Part shown: positions 38,821-48,251 of the stretch, piece by piece
Layout of the letters: each line of letters begins with the position of its first letter
How positions within the stretch are numbered: the stretch's first letter is position 1
Source: Methanobacteriota archaeon
GTDB lineage: Archaea > Thermoplasmatota > Poseidoniia > Poseidoniales > Thalassarchaeaceae
Direction of reading: 5' to 3'
Length of the DNA stretch: 64,000 bases
Assembly: GCA_016845365.1 (NCBI GenBank)
Contig: JAERST010000024.1
Coordinates: 160,461 to 224,460, forward strand
The notes under the pieces: generated by a model
Seen by the model: only the letters and a program-made list of their open reading frames with translations
Told to the model about the DNA's origin: nothing
Databases searched by the model: none
Position numbers and translations under genes: made by a program

Positions 38821-41800
38821 CACTCATCACCCCCTAGAGCGTCATCGAGAACCTTGGTGATGTCGAATGGTAGACCCTTGCGGCTTCGCGCTGGGTCGAT
38901 TCCGTCCTCACCATACTCGAATTGGATGATGCGGTCTGCGGTATTGCGGACCGAGCCATTGCCGTCGTCTGAGACCTTTAGGTCGTCCATTGCGTTGATC
39001 AGACGGCGCTGCATGTATCCCGACTTCGAAGTACGAACCGCTGTATCGACCAGCGACTCACGTCCGGAGACTGAGAGCATGAAGAACTCGGTCGGTTCTA
39101 GTCCCTTCTTGAAGGAGGAAGCGACGAATCCCTTCTCCTCAGCACCCTTTACTCCGCGAGGGAAGTGAGAAAGAACGCGGTCTTGGTAACCGCGTTCGAG
39201 GCGCTTTCCACGAACCTTTGGTTGACCGATTGAACCTGCCATCATCGCGAGGTTATCCATCGAACCACGGGCACCAGAGGTCGCCATGATAACGGCCGAG
39301 TTATCGTCTCCGAGGTATGACTTAGCCACATTTCCGGACTCGGCCTTGGCCGAGTCTAGAATCTGCAGGATGTTCTCCTCGAGGGTTTCTTGTGGGGTTC
39401 GTCCCGGACGAGTTTCGTAGCGTCGTCCGTCATTACCGAACTTTGCTAGTTCTGCATCTACCTCTTGGCTGGCTCGAGCGTTGATCTCAACAATCTCTGC
39501 CTTAGCAGCGAGAGGCAAGTCCTCGTCATCGATTCCTGTTGTGAATCCGCTCGAGGTGCAGATAGCGATGGTCATCTTCGTCATGCGGTTCAGGAATTCT
39601 GCACCTTGGTCTGTGCCGTGAGTCTGGACAACTGCGTCTAGTAGACGGCCGTCCTCAGCTCCGATTCCTCTCTTGTCAATGGTGCCGCTAACTGCGCCAC
39701 CCGATGTGACCTTGACTTCGTCGCCGCTTCGGCTAGTGTATTGCAACTTGAAGCCGGCTGGGACGATTAGGCTGAGAAGGTCGCTGCCGCGGAATCCAAC
39801 GACTCCGTCCTTGCTTGTGACCTCGTCAGGTAGTTCTCCATCCCATCCGACTGAACCCAGAATTTCCATTGCTAGGGCCGTTGGTAGAACACGCTCGCCG
39901 TGAGTCAAAAGGTAGGCTCCTGAGATGTGGTCGTGGATTCCGCCGATGACAGATCCTCCGTATCGCGGTGTGATGATGTGCTCTTGCACGCGCATCAGAA
40001 TCTTGGCTTCAGCGCGTGCTTCTTCGGATTGAATGACGTGAAGGTTCATCTCGTCTCCGTCGAAGTCAGCGTTGTAAGGAGTACAATCTGCTAGATTGAA
40101 GCGGAATGTCTTGCCGGGCATAACGCGGACTTCGTGAACCAACATCGACATGCGGTGAAGCGAAGGTTGTCGGTTGAAGATAGCAACATCACCATCGATT
40201 AGGTGACGCTCGACGATTACACCTGGGCGAGGGTTTCCGTCTCGATCGTATGTCGAAAGGCGGTCCTCAACCTCAGTTCGGTAGGTCTCGCCGTACTCAT
40301 CCTCAATGGACGGACTACCACAGTGAGGGCAGTTCACCTCAAGGTGTTCTGGCAGGTACTCGTCAGGGTTGTTCTGCTCCCAAACCCATCGGTTGTGGAT
40401 GACAGCTCGTGGGTCATCCTCCGCTAGAGGTCGACCGTTCTCATCCTCTCCACGTAGGTTAGCGAGAGTAGTGTCGAGGTCGACCGACCAAACGTCTTCC
40501 AACTCACCCATTGCTGTTCGGCGCATCTGCTTCTTCAGTTCAAGGCCGGGTAGGAAGTTAGGTGCTGGAAGCACCGTGTTTAGGTCAGGGCGGTAGCCAG
40601 CGTATGGTTCGTCATCGCTGCCCGCGTGACACTCAGCATTGAGGCAGCGGAAACCGGCCCAGATGTACTTCGTGCGGTCGGTGATACGAACGCGGAAGTT
40701 GTCTCCACGGATGATGTAGTTAACACCAGGGTGGACGTCTGGTCCGCGTAGAATCATGCGGCGAAGTTGTTCACGGTTCCTGCTAGTAGCGCGGATTGGA
40801 ACCGTGAGTTCCTTTGCAGTTTGTACAGGTACTCCGACCTCGTTGATTCCGAGGTTCGGGTCGGGACTAATCACGGTTCGAGCGCAGAAGTTAACGCGCT
40901 TTCCGGAAAGGTTGCTGCGGAAGCGACCCTCCTTACCCTTGAGACGCTGTGAGAGCGTCTTCAACGGGCGACCAGAGCGGTGTCGAGCAGGTGGGATTCC
41001 GCTCGTCTGATTGTCGAAGTAAGTCGTGACGTGGTACTGCAATAGTTCCCACAAGTCTTCGACGATAAGTTGCGGAGCACCTGCGTCGCGGTTCTCGCGA
41101 AGACGCTGGTTGATTCGAAGTACATCGACCAACTTGTGGGTCAAATCGTCTTCGGATCGGTCGCCACTATCGAGGGTAATCGAAGGGCGAACGGTGATCG
41201 GCGGAACTGGTAGAACCTTCATGATCGACCATTCTGGGCGGCTTGAAGCCGAATCCATTCCGAGGAAAATTAGGTGCTGGTCTGGAATCTTCTCCAACCA
41301 TTCGCGGATATCACGAGCGTTGAGCTTGTGCTCACCCTTGTCAGCCTTCTTTTCCTTGAAGGTGGTTGGCTTGTCGAGCATGATCTTGCCTTGCTCTGAA
41401 CCGCAGTGCATGCAGATTGCACGCTTTGCGCTCGAACATTCCTTCTCGATTTCCTTGATGATCTTCTTGAATTCCGTCGAGCCGACGCCGTGCTTGCGCA
41501 TAACATCGTGAACTCGGTCGCGGTAGTAATCCTGCTCGGACTTCTCTGGGTCCAGAGGGTGGGTGTCGGAGGCACTGTGTAGGAGAATCTGGCTGCACTC
41601 GTTGCAGGTAGACTTCAGTGAGGTCTTGATTAGCGCAGTGAATCCAATGTGCATCACAGGCAATTCAAGGGCGATGTGACCGAAGTGACTCGGGCACTCA
41701 TCGTGCTTGTTTCCGCAGGTTTCACAGCGAATTCCGGGGTCGATAACTCCCATCTTCGGGTCCATCAGACCCTGCTTGTAGGCGTGACCATCGTCCTTGT

Positions 41801-41918
41801 AGGTGTCAGCAGTCTTGACTTCGACAGCGGACATCTTGCGGATCTCGTTTGGATCCATTAGGCTGAATTTGATCGAATCGATCCGCTTTGGGATCTTGGC
41901 TACTCCGCGGGCGCTCAT
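38820..41918 (-). CDS. rpoA1: RNA polymerase subunit A' (Rpo1N)
   Basis: Active site [48 protein letters not shown]. Confidence 0.98.
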   Translation of the reverse strand: MSARGVAKIPKRIDSIKFSLMDPNEIRKMSAVEVKTADTYKDDGHAYKQGLMDPKMGVIDPGIRCETCGNKHDECPSHFGHIALELPVMHIGFTALIKTSLKSTCNECSQILLHSASDTHPLDPEKSEQDYYRDRVHDVMRKHGVGSTEFKKIIKEIEKECSSAKRAICMHCGSEQGKIMLDKPTTFKEKKADKGEHKLNARDIREWLEKIPDQHLIFLGMDSASSRPEWSIMKVLPVPPITVRPSITLDSGDRSEDDLTHKLVDVLRINQRLRENRDAGAPQLIVEDLWELLQYHVTTYFDNQTSGIPPARHRSGRPLKTLSQRLKGKEGRFRSNLSGKRVNFCARTVISPDPNLGINEVGVPVQTAKELTVPIRATSRNREQLRRMILRGPDVHPGVNYIIRGDNFRVRITDRTKYIWAGFRCLNAECHAGSDDEPYAGYRPDLNTVLPAPNFLPGLELKKQMRRTAMGELEDVWSVDLDTTLANLRGEDENGRPLAEDDPRAVIHNRWVWEQNNPDEYLPEHLEVNCPHCGSPSIEDEYGETYRTEVEDRLSTYDRDGNPRPGVIVERHLIDGDVAIFNRQPSLHRMSMLVHEVRVMPGKTFRFNLADCTPYNADFDGDEMNLHVIQSEEARAEAKILMRVQEHIITPRYGGSVIGGIHDHISGAYLLTHGERVLPTALAMEILGSVGWDGELPDEVTSKDGVVGFRGSDLLSLIVPAGFKLQYTSRSGDEVKVTSGGAVSGTIDKRGIGAEDGRLLDAVVQTHGTDQGAEFLNRMTKMTIAICTSSGFTTGIDDEDLPLAAKAEIVEINARASQEVDAELAKFGNDGRRYETRPGRTPQETLEENILQILDSAKAESGNVAKSYLGDDNSAVIMATSGARGSMDNLAMMAGSIGQPKVRGKRLERGYQDRVLSHFPRGVKGAEEKGFVASSFKKGLEPTEFFMLSVSGRESLVDTAVRTSKSGYMQRRLINAMDDLKVSDDGNGSVRNTADRIIQFEYGEDGIDPARSRKGLPFDITKVLDDALGGDE

Positions 41919-44900
41919 CTTTGGTCCTCCAGCTCAAGTCTCATGGCAACTCCAAGACTCTTCATTTCGTCCAGAAGCAATTTGAAAGCGTAGGAAGTTT
42001 GCACCGAATGCACATCTGCTCGGTCACCACAAACTGGGCACACCGGAGTGCGCCTCTTCCAATCATAGTAAGCGATGTGGCCGCAACCACTGTTGTTACA
42101 GACCATGAGCGGCCAGCCGTCAGACTCGTCCAAGAGACGGTCCTTGATGACCATCGAGGCTCCGTGCGCGATCAAACAATCACGCTCCATCTCACCGAAT
42201 CGCAGACCACCCTGTCGCGCACGACCCTCCGTTGGTTGGCGGGTCAGAATTTGCACGCGACCGCGGCTGCGGGCGTGCAACTTGCTGCTCACCAGGTGGT
42301 GCAATCGCTGGTAGAAGATGACTCCAGTGAAGATTTCAGCTTGGAATGCTTCACCGGTCTCACCGCTAATCATTCCCTCGCGACCGGTGTGGGCGAAGCC
42401 GTTGCGTAGTAGACCAGAGCGAAGCGAATCTTCCTTCTCTCCGCTGAAAGCGGTTCCGTCAATCTTGCGTCCTTCCATCGCTCCGACCTTGCCGCCAATC
42501 ATTTCGAGAACGTGGGCGACGGTCATTCGCGATGGAATCGCGTGTGGGTTGATGATTAGGTCAGGTACTACACCGTCGACGGTGAAAGGCATGTCCTTCT
42601 CGTCGACGAGGCGACCGATGACTCCCTTCTGACCGTGGCGGCTGGCGAACTTGTCGCCGAGTTCTGGAATCTTCTCTGTGCGCAGAGTGATGCGGCAGAG
42701 TAGACCGGAATCGAGGGACTCGGTGACGTAGACATTGTCGACCCAGCCGGCCTCTCCATTTCGAACCATCATCGAAGACTCACGGCGCTCCTGAGCTTGC
42801 AAGAAGTGGCCGTGTGATTCCTCGAGGAAGCGCGGTGGGCTGGTCTTGCCGACTAGTACGCTGGTGTCTCCACCGACGCTTGAGAGGTAGGTCTCAGGTG
42901 TTGGCAGACCATCGCGCTCGAGGTGAGTATAACTCTCCCATGACTTCAGGCCCTTGATTTCGTCAAGGCCTGTGCCTGGGATTTCGATGCGCTCCTCCTG
43001 TCCACCAGGGAAGCGCTTGTTCTCTGCGTTGTAAGTACGGATGAAGGAGGAGCGGGCGAGCGAGCGCTCGACTGCTGCGCGGTTCATGATGACCGCGTCC
43101 TGCATATTGTACCCGTGGTGGCTGAGGATAGCTACTACGAAATTCTGGCCACCAGGGCGCTGTGCGAAGTTCGTCGTCTTCATCGAGCGAGTGCCGACGA
43201 TCGACTGCTGAGGGTAATGCATCACGTGCATGCGTGTGTCCGGGCGCAGTCGGTAATTGGCGGAAGGTAGGCCGAGACTCTGCTTGACCATCGCTGTTCC
43301 ACCAGTAACTCTCGGAGTTGAGTTGTGCTCAGGGTATGGAACCAAGGAAGCACAAACTCCCAGAATCAACTGAGGGTCGATTTCCACGTGCGTGTATACG
43401 AGAATTGTGTTCTGCCTCTTCTGCTTGCGCTTTAGACTGTCAAGGTCCTCTTGGTGATACTTCAATGGGACCTTGAACTCCTCAATCACGGCCTCGCCGT
43501 TTGGCAAATTGACTTCGACCTTGAGATGAGCCTCAGTAATCTGCTCTTCACCCAAGTTGACCCAGTCAACCTTTGCAGGATTGATCGGTCGGTTGTGCTT
43601 AGGCGAATATGGCGGTAGGTCGAATGGACGAGGAGCGATTAGGAGATCCTCTTCTTCCTCAGCGTCGACCCATTCAACGACTCCTTGTGAGACAAGGTCG
43701 TTGAATGTCCACTCTCCAGAGCGCACCGATTCGAGGTGCTGTGCGGAGAGCTTCAAGTCGCCATCTTCGAGGACGAGGAGTGGTCGTAGGATTCGTCCGC
43801 GGTCGGTGTTGATGAAGATATCACGGTTTGCCGAATCGTGGCGAATGCTGACCTCAGGTCGGATTCTGCCTTGGCGGCGGCGGCGCTTGAATTGACTTAC
43901 CAACTTAGCCGCATTCTTGTGAAGTCCGAAGATATCTCCGTTAACGTGGACGCGAGAGCCTTCTGCCCATCCCGATGGGGATGAGTCGACGCCAGCCTCG
44001 CGTAGCAATTCCTTGACGTCTCCTTCGTGGACTTCTTCTGATACGTCGATCATCTGAGCGGCGTTCTTCACTAGTCCACAATTCTGACCTTCAGGAGTCT
44101 CGTTCGGGCACAGTCGACCCCACTGAGTTGGGTGAAGGTCACGAGCCTCGAAGTGAGGTTGACTGCGGACTAGTGGACTGGTCACGCGTCGCATGTGAGA
44201 GAGGGCTGCGAGGTAGGTGGTTCGGTCGAGCAGTTGGCTGACTCCACTGCGTCCGCCGACCCAGTTTCCTGTTGCAAGCGCGTGCATGATTTTCTGAGTT
44301 AGAACGTCAGGGCGAAGGCAAGCGGTGATGCGTAGTTCGCGCTTGCGGTTGTGGTGTCGCTCGAGTTGGTACTTTAGGTCACGAGCGAGTTGTTGTAGAC
44401 TGACTCGGAAGAGGTCCTCGACTAGATCTCCGGCTAGACGGACACGCTTGTTTGCGTAGTGGTCCTTGTCGTTAGGGTCACGGTCAGTGATTGCCATCTC
44501 GAGAACTTGGCGGACGATTCTTCCGAGGAAGATTGCCTTCTTCTCACGGTGCTCCGGAGCTGAGCCAAGGTGAGGGAGAAGTTCCTTGTCGAGGAGATTT
44601 TGGATGCGGGCCTCACGGTACTCTTTCTGCTGGCCCGCAGCGAACTTCTTCTCAAGCCACTGAAGTGCTTCTTCAGAGGTTTCGACATTGTATTCCTCGT
44701 TGTCCTTGACATCGTTTAGGTTAGCAACAGTGTACTTCATCGCCTCTGCAGGTCCAGCGATTGCAGTGAAAATCTCCTTGTCGTTCTCCATACCAAGAGA
44801 GCGCATTAGAAGAACGACTGGAATCGGAGTTGTTCCAGCGCTTGGAATCTTGACCATGAGCATTCCATCACGGCGCTTCTCGATGTTCAGTGGCTTGCGC

Positions 44901-45601
44901 ACACCGTCCTTCTGCGAGAAAATCTTGGCGACTTCTGTCTCGTGAGCGTACTTCTTGTTCTTCTCAACAGTAACTCGGTTTGGAGCGAGGTCTTCCATCG
45001 AGATGAGAACTCGCTCAGTTCCGTTGATGATGAAGTAGCCACCAGGGTCGAGAGGGTCTTCACCGGCGCGGCGAAGCAACTCTGTCAATCGGTCAGCGTC
45101 TTCCGCTGAGGACTGAGGTGTTAGTTTGCGGTCAGCGTCGCCGCAGAGGTGAGAAATGTGATTGGCGTGCAGATTGCACTGGCCTGAGCGGACCATAATC
45201 GGAAGGTTTCCGATGTGGACGCGCTCCTCGATATCCGGAGTTGGCTTGTCGTCGCGGATAATCTTGAAGTCCAAGTGGACTGGTGAGAAATAAGTGAGCT
45301 TTCGAAGGCGACACTCGAGTGGAGTCGCTGGGTGTTCTGCTCCATTGGCCTCCTTGATGGTTGGGCGGCCGAGGTGAATATTCTTCATTCGAATGATGAT
45401 TTCTTTGTCGAGAACGTCGAGTTTGATGATTCCACCATCATCGTCTTCGACGGGCTCGTCGGTTCCGATGCGGATGTTGCGGACGATCTTCTCCATCCGG
45501 CTGAGGTTCCCATCGGTGGATGGGATACAATCGTTATACGATGCAAGTTGGTGATTTACCAGGCTTCTTTGTTGAAAGTAACTCTCTACGATTTCCTTCA
45601 T
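41915..45601 (-). CDS. rpoB: RNA polymerase subunit B (Rpo2, unsplit)
   Basis: GGYFIINGTER, ETPEGQNCGLVKN, GDKFASRHGQKG, RFGEMERD. Confidence 0.98.
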   Translation of the reverse strand: MKEIVESYFQQRSLVNHQLASYNDCIPSTDGNLSRMEKIVRNIRIGTDEPVEDDDGGIIKLDVLDKEIIIRMKNIHLGRPTIKEANGAEHPATPLECRLRKLTYFSPVHLDFKIIRDDKPTPDIEERVHIGNLPIMVRSGQCNLHANHISHLCGDADRKLTPQSSAEDADRLTELLRRAGEDPLDPGGYFIINGTERVLISMEDLAPNRVTVEKNKKYAHETEVAKIFSQKDGVRKPLNIEKRRDGMLMVKIPSAGTTPIPVVLLMRSLGMENDKEIFTAIAGPAEAMKYTVANLNDVKDNEEYNVETSEEALQWLEKKFAAGQQKEYREARIQNLLDKELLPHLGSAPEHREKKAIFLGRIVRQVLEMAITDRDPNDKDHYANKRVRLAGDLVEDLFRVSLQQLARDLKYQLERHHNRKRELRITACLRPDVLTQKIMHALATGNWVGGRSGVSQLLDRTTYLAALSHMRRVTSPLVRSQPHFEARDLHPTQWGRLCPNETPEGQNCGLVKNAAQMIDVSEEVHEGDVKELLREAGVDSSPSGWAEGSRVHVNGDIFGLHKNAAKLVSQFKRRRRQGRIRPEVSIRHDSANRDIFINTDRGRILRPLLVLEDGDLKLSAQHLESVRSGEWTFNDLVSQGVVEWVDAEEEEDLLIAPRPFDLPPYSPKHNRPINPAKVDWVNLGEEQITEAHLKVEVNLPNGEAVIEEFKVPLKYHQEDLDSLKRKQKRQNTILVYTHVEIDPQLILGVCASLVPYPEHNSTPRVTGGTAMVKQSLGLPSANYRLRPDTRMHVMHYPQQSIVGTRSMKTTNFAQRPGGQNFVVAILSHHGYNMQDAVIMNRAAVERSLARSSFIRTYNAENKRFPGGQEERIEIPGTGLDEIKGLKSWESYTHLERDGLPTPETYLSSVGGDTSVLVGKTSPPRFLEESHGHFLQAQERRESSMMVRNGEAGWVDNVYVTESLDSGLLCRITLRTEKIPELGDKFASRHGQKGVIGRLVDEKDMPFTVDGVVPDLIINPHAIPSRMTVAHVLEMIGGKVGAMEGRKIDGTAFSGEKEDSLRSGLLRNGFAHTGREGMISGETGEAFQAEIFTGVIFYQRLHHLVSSKLHARSRGRVQILTRQPTEGRARQGGLRFGEMERDCLIAHGASMVIKDRLLDESDGWPLMVCNNSGCGHIAYYDWKRRTPVCPVCGDRADVHSVQTSYAFKLLLDEMKSLGVAMRLELEDQR

Positions 45602-45613
45602 GATACCAACTCC

Positions 45614-46201
45614 TCAAGCGCTCTCCACTATCAATCGGTAAGCGGTGCTCGACCCAGCAGCTCTGCTGTATCGTACGACTCGAACGACCCTATTGGTCAA
45701 CCATCCAGCAGGAAGGTCGTCGGCTTCTGCCTCGACCTGCTCCTTGATCGCTTGGACCGCAGGGTCGGTGATGAGAATCTTGGGTAGTAATTCCTTGGCG
45801 ATACGAGTGCCGCCTTCATCGTCTGGGACTTCGAGGCCCCATGGGGCAAGAGATGATGCTTCGGAATCAACATCGACCAACTCATGGTGAGGGACCAAGA
45901 TGTGGTTGAGGACGTTGAATCGGTCATCGCCTTGAGGAATGTCATCGAGCTCAAGGGCCTTTCGTGAAATCGTGATTCGGCCTGAGCGGCTTCGGCGACG
46001 GGAAGTGTTGTGTTCCCTGATGATTGACATGATACTCTCGAGTGTTGCATCACTGCTTGAGAGGCCGGTCTTCTCTGCGACCTCTTCGACTGTCATTCTC
46101 TTGATTGCATCCATATTTGCGTCGTCGGCGAGCTTGTGAGCATGCTCCGTTGCAATACCCAACTCGACGAGACGCTTCTTGGTTGAACTCTTCACTGCCA
46201 T
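45614..46201 (-). CDS. rpoH: RNA polymerase subunit H (Rpo5) with N-terminal extension
   Basis: FNVLNHILVPHHE, LPKILITDPAV, R.SRAAG...YRLIV. 195 aa versus about 80 aa for typical archaeal RpoH. Confidence 0.92.
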   Translation of the reverse strand: MAVKSSTKKRLVELGIATEHAHKLADDANMDAIKRMTVEEVAEKTGLSSSDATLESIMSIIREHNTSRRRSRSGRITISRKALELDDIPQGDDRFNVLNHILVPHHELVDVDSEASSLAPWGLEVPDDEGGTRIAKELLPKILITDPAVQAIKEQVEAEADDLPAGWLTNRVVRVVRYSRAAGSSTAYRLIVESA

Positions 46202-46223
46202 TTTGCGCCGCCCCCGGACCCAG

Positions 46224-46245
46224 AAAAACCGCAAGCCTGCGGCTT
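46224..46245 (-). terminator. Putative hairpin plus U-tract downstream of tRNA-Lys
   Basis: The minus strand reads AAGCCGCA-GGCT-TGCGGTTTTT. Confidence 0.45.
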
Positions 46246-46252
46246 AGTCAGG

Positions 46253-46326
46253 CGGGCCTGGAGGGATTCGAACCCCCGGCCACCGGATTAAAAGCCCGGC
46301 GCTCTACCTGACTAAGCTACAGGCCC
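46253..46326 (-). tRNA. tRNA-Lys(TTT)
   Basis: Reverse complement GGGCCTGTAGCTTAGTCAGGTAGAGCG CCGGG-CTTTTAA-TCCGG TGGCCGGGGGTTCGAATCCCTCCAGGCCCG. Confidence 0.95.
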
Positions 46327-46491
46327 ATGGCTGATGCTGGGCTATCCGCCGACCGAGGGGGTGTTTAAGAAAGTGACGGTCTATGCGTAGCATAGGCACG
46401 GCTGGACCGGTTGCCCTCCTCGGGGGGCGGGAGAACTAATCCCAAGTCTAGGCATGCATGAATAAAGGTTTGCGAAATCTGAGGGAATTGA

Positions 46492-47868
46492 ATGGGATTT
46501 GACGAAATCGAAAGAGAGGTTGAGTTCTCAGCCACCTCCAATAGTCGATTGGTCCAATTCGAAATCGCTGCCGACAAATCGGTTGAGTTAATCGTTCCAC
46601 CAACGGTTTACCCCCCACGCCGAGATACGAAATTGATGTTGGCCGCACTTGGCAAATTGACTTGCGAACCGGGCCACTTAGTTGAGATTGGAACCGGCTC
46701 GGGAGCCATCGCAATCGCGATGGCGAAACGAGGCTGGGATGTCTCAGCCTTTGACGTCAATCCCCTCGCTGTCGCAGCAGCCCGTGGCAATGCGGAGCAG
46801 CAGGGTGTGAGTGAACGGATCACAGTGGAGGAGGGTGGTGTAGGCGAAGAGAGGTGGGCAATTCCACGAGAGGCTGAACTCGTCATCTGGAACTTACCAT
46901 ACCTCGAACCTGCTCTTGGCGATGAATCTCCGCTGGGTCCGATGGAGGAGGCAGCCCTTGGCGACGAGATAGGCTCGAATTGGTCGCTAAGTTTGCTGAA
47001 CTCGATTGACGCGCGACAATTCGACTCGAGGTTATTCGTTCTGCTTTTCCGCATCGACCCTACCAGCCCTAGTCGGCCCCGAGATTGGATTGAAGCTGGC
47101 TGGGCTTCTCGGTCGCTGGCGAAAGAGAGAATTGGAGACGATACCCTCGAAGCCGTTGCCTTTTGGAGACCAGATTCCGGGCGGCCTGCGCTATTCATCG
47201 AAGAGTGTGAATCGACGATGGATGCCGCACGAAATCTCTCTGGCGAAGGTTGGTTGAGAGTTCGTGCGGGATTCCAATCCGCAGGCCGAGGTCGCCGCGA
47301 TTCAACATGGGCCTCTAACGCAGAAGATATGACCGCGACCTGGAGCCTTGATGCGAGCGTTCTCGAACGTCATCCGCCCGGCTTGCTGCAGACCGCGGTG
47401 GGAGCCAGAATTGCCGACATTCTCGGAATGCAAATGAAGTGGCCAAATGACTTGCTTATCGAGCGGCGAAAGGCTGGCGGAATTCTGGTCGAATCTAGTT
47501 CGTTAGATGGAAGAGTAAGAATTGGCGTTGGACTAAATCGTAACCCTGGGGAATTGGAATCTGAAGCAACCGCAGGCTGGTCAGAAACTATTGGTGAAGT
47601 AGAGGCCAGCGAGGTCTTTGCTCAGATAGATTCCTCGATGGCCTCTCTCTTCGATCCATCACCACCAATCCCTCAGTCGAAATCGTCCGATTTGTGCCGA
47701 GATTCATGGCGGGTGATGGCCCAATCTATCTCGCGAGGAATTGTCTGCGCGCGAGGAGATAATCCTGTGCAAATCGTTGGATTGCAAGAGACCGGAACGT
47801 TGCGCTTGATCGAGAGTGAGCATCTGCTCGACCTCGATGAGGTCGGAAGCGTAGTCATCTCTTTCTGA
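46492..47868 (+). CDS. Fusion of HemK2/Mtq2-like SAM methyltransferase and biotin--protein ligase
   Basis: N-terminal half: VYPPRRDT, EIGTGSG, DVNP.A, WNLPY. C-terminal half: ESTMD, QSAGRGRR..W, KWPNDL, KAGGILVE, IGVGLN. Confidence 0.85.
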   Translation: MGFDEIEREVEFSATSNSRLVQFEIAADKSVELIVPPTVYPPRRDTKLMLAALGKLTCEPGHLVEIGTGSGAIAIAMAKRGWDVSAFDVNPLAVAAARGNAEQQGVSERITVEEGGVGEERWAIPREAELVIWNLPYLEPALGDESPLGPMEEAALGDEIGSNWSLSLLNSIDARQFDSRLFVLLFRIDPTSPSRPRDWIEAGWASRSLAKERIGDDTLEAVAFWRPDSGRPALFIEECESTMDAARNLSGEGWLRVRAGFQSAGRGRRDSTWASNAEDMTATWSLDASVLERHPPGLLQTAVGARIADILGMQMKWPNDLLIERRKAGGILVESSSLDGRVRIGVGLNRNPGELESEATAGWSETIGEVEASEVFAQIDSSMASLFDPSPPIPQSKSSDLCRDSWRVMAQSISRGIVCARGDNPVQIVGLQETGTLRLIESEHLLDLDEVGSVVISF

Positions 47869-48166
47869 CTGGACGGGGGAGATTGAGCCTCTCGCGCACG
47901 AGTCGGATTTTCCCCGATGATGTTCGAGATTCAATTCCGGATGCAGATTCTATTGAATCTCGCGCGAACTGGTAATCTGCAAGCCCTACTTTGATAATTG
48001 CAAGGGTCGATTCCGAAGATGATTTACAATCGAATAAACGGAATTCGATAGTTGGAAGAATCTTGCTCAACTCATTTTGAACTTCTTTTCGCCCAAGTGA
48101 AGCAAGTTCGATCTCGATGCCTATCCATCGATGCTTACCGCGAGCGGCCTTGCGCTGCTTCGGCAT
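47855..48166 (-). CDS. Rpp14/Pop5-family RNase P protein component
   Basis: R.KHRWI near the N-terminus and TSSGKIRLVRER (the family SGT/KI motif) near the C-terminus. Confidence 0.75.
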   Translation of the reverse strand: MPKQRKAARGKHRWIGIEIELASLGRKEVQNELSKILPTIEFRLFDCKSSSESTLAIIKVGLADYQFARDSIESASGIESRTSSGKIRLVRERLNLPRPVRKR

Positions 48167-48251
48167 GGTCGCGCGACAAGGTGCCAGTATAACGAATTCT
48201 CGCTCGTTGGCCTGACTTCGGAACAATCTGCACGGTGACCAATTTTCTACA

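Noticed and set aside
40236..40670. RpoA' insertion as an intein
   Set aside because: No N-terminal Cys/Ser splice junction paired with a His-Asn end and no LAGLIDADG motifs; treated as a domain insertion.
46330..46490. Possible ncRNA (C/D-box sRNA) in the tRNA-Lys/MTase intergenic region; ctatgc-gta-gcatag hairpin
   Set aside because: No convincing RUGAUGA/CUGA pair with terminal stem; the region is adequately explained by divergent promoters.
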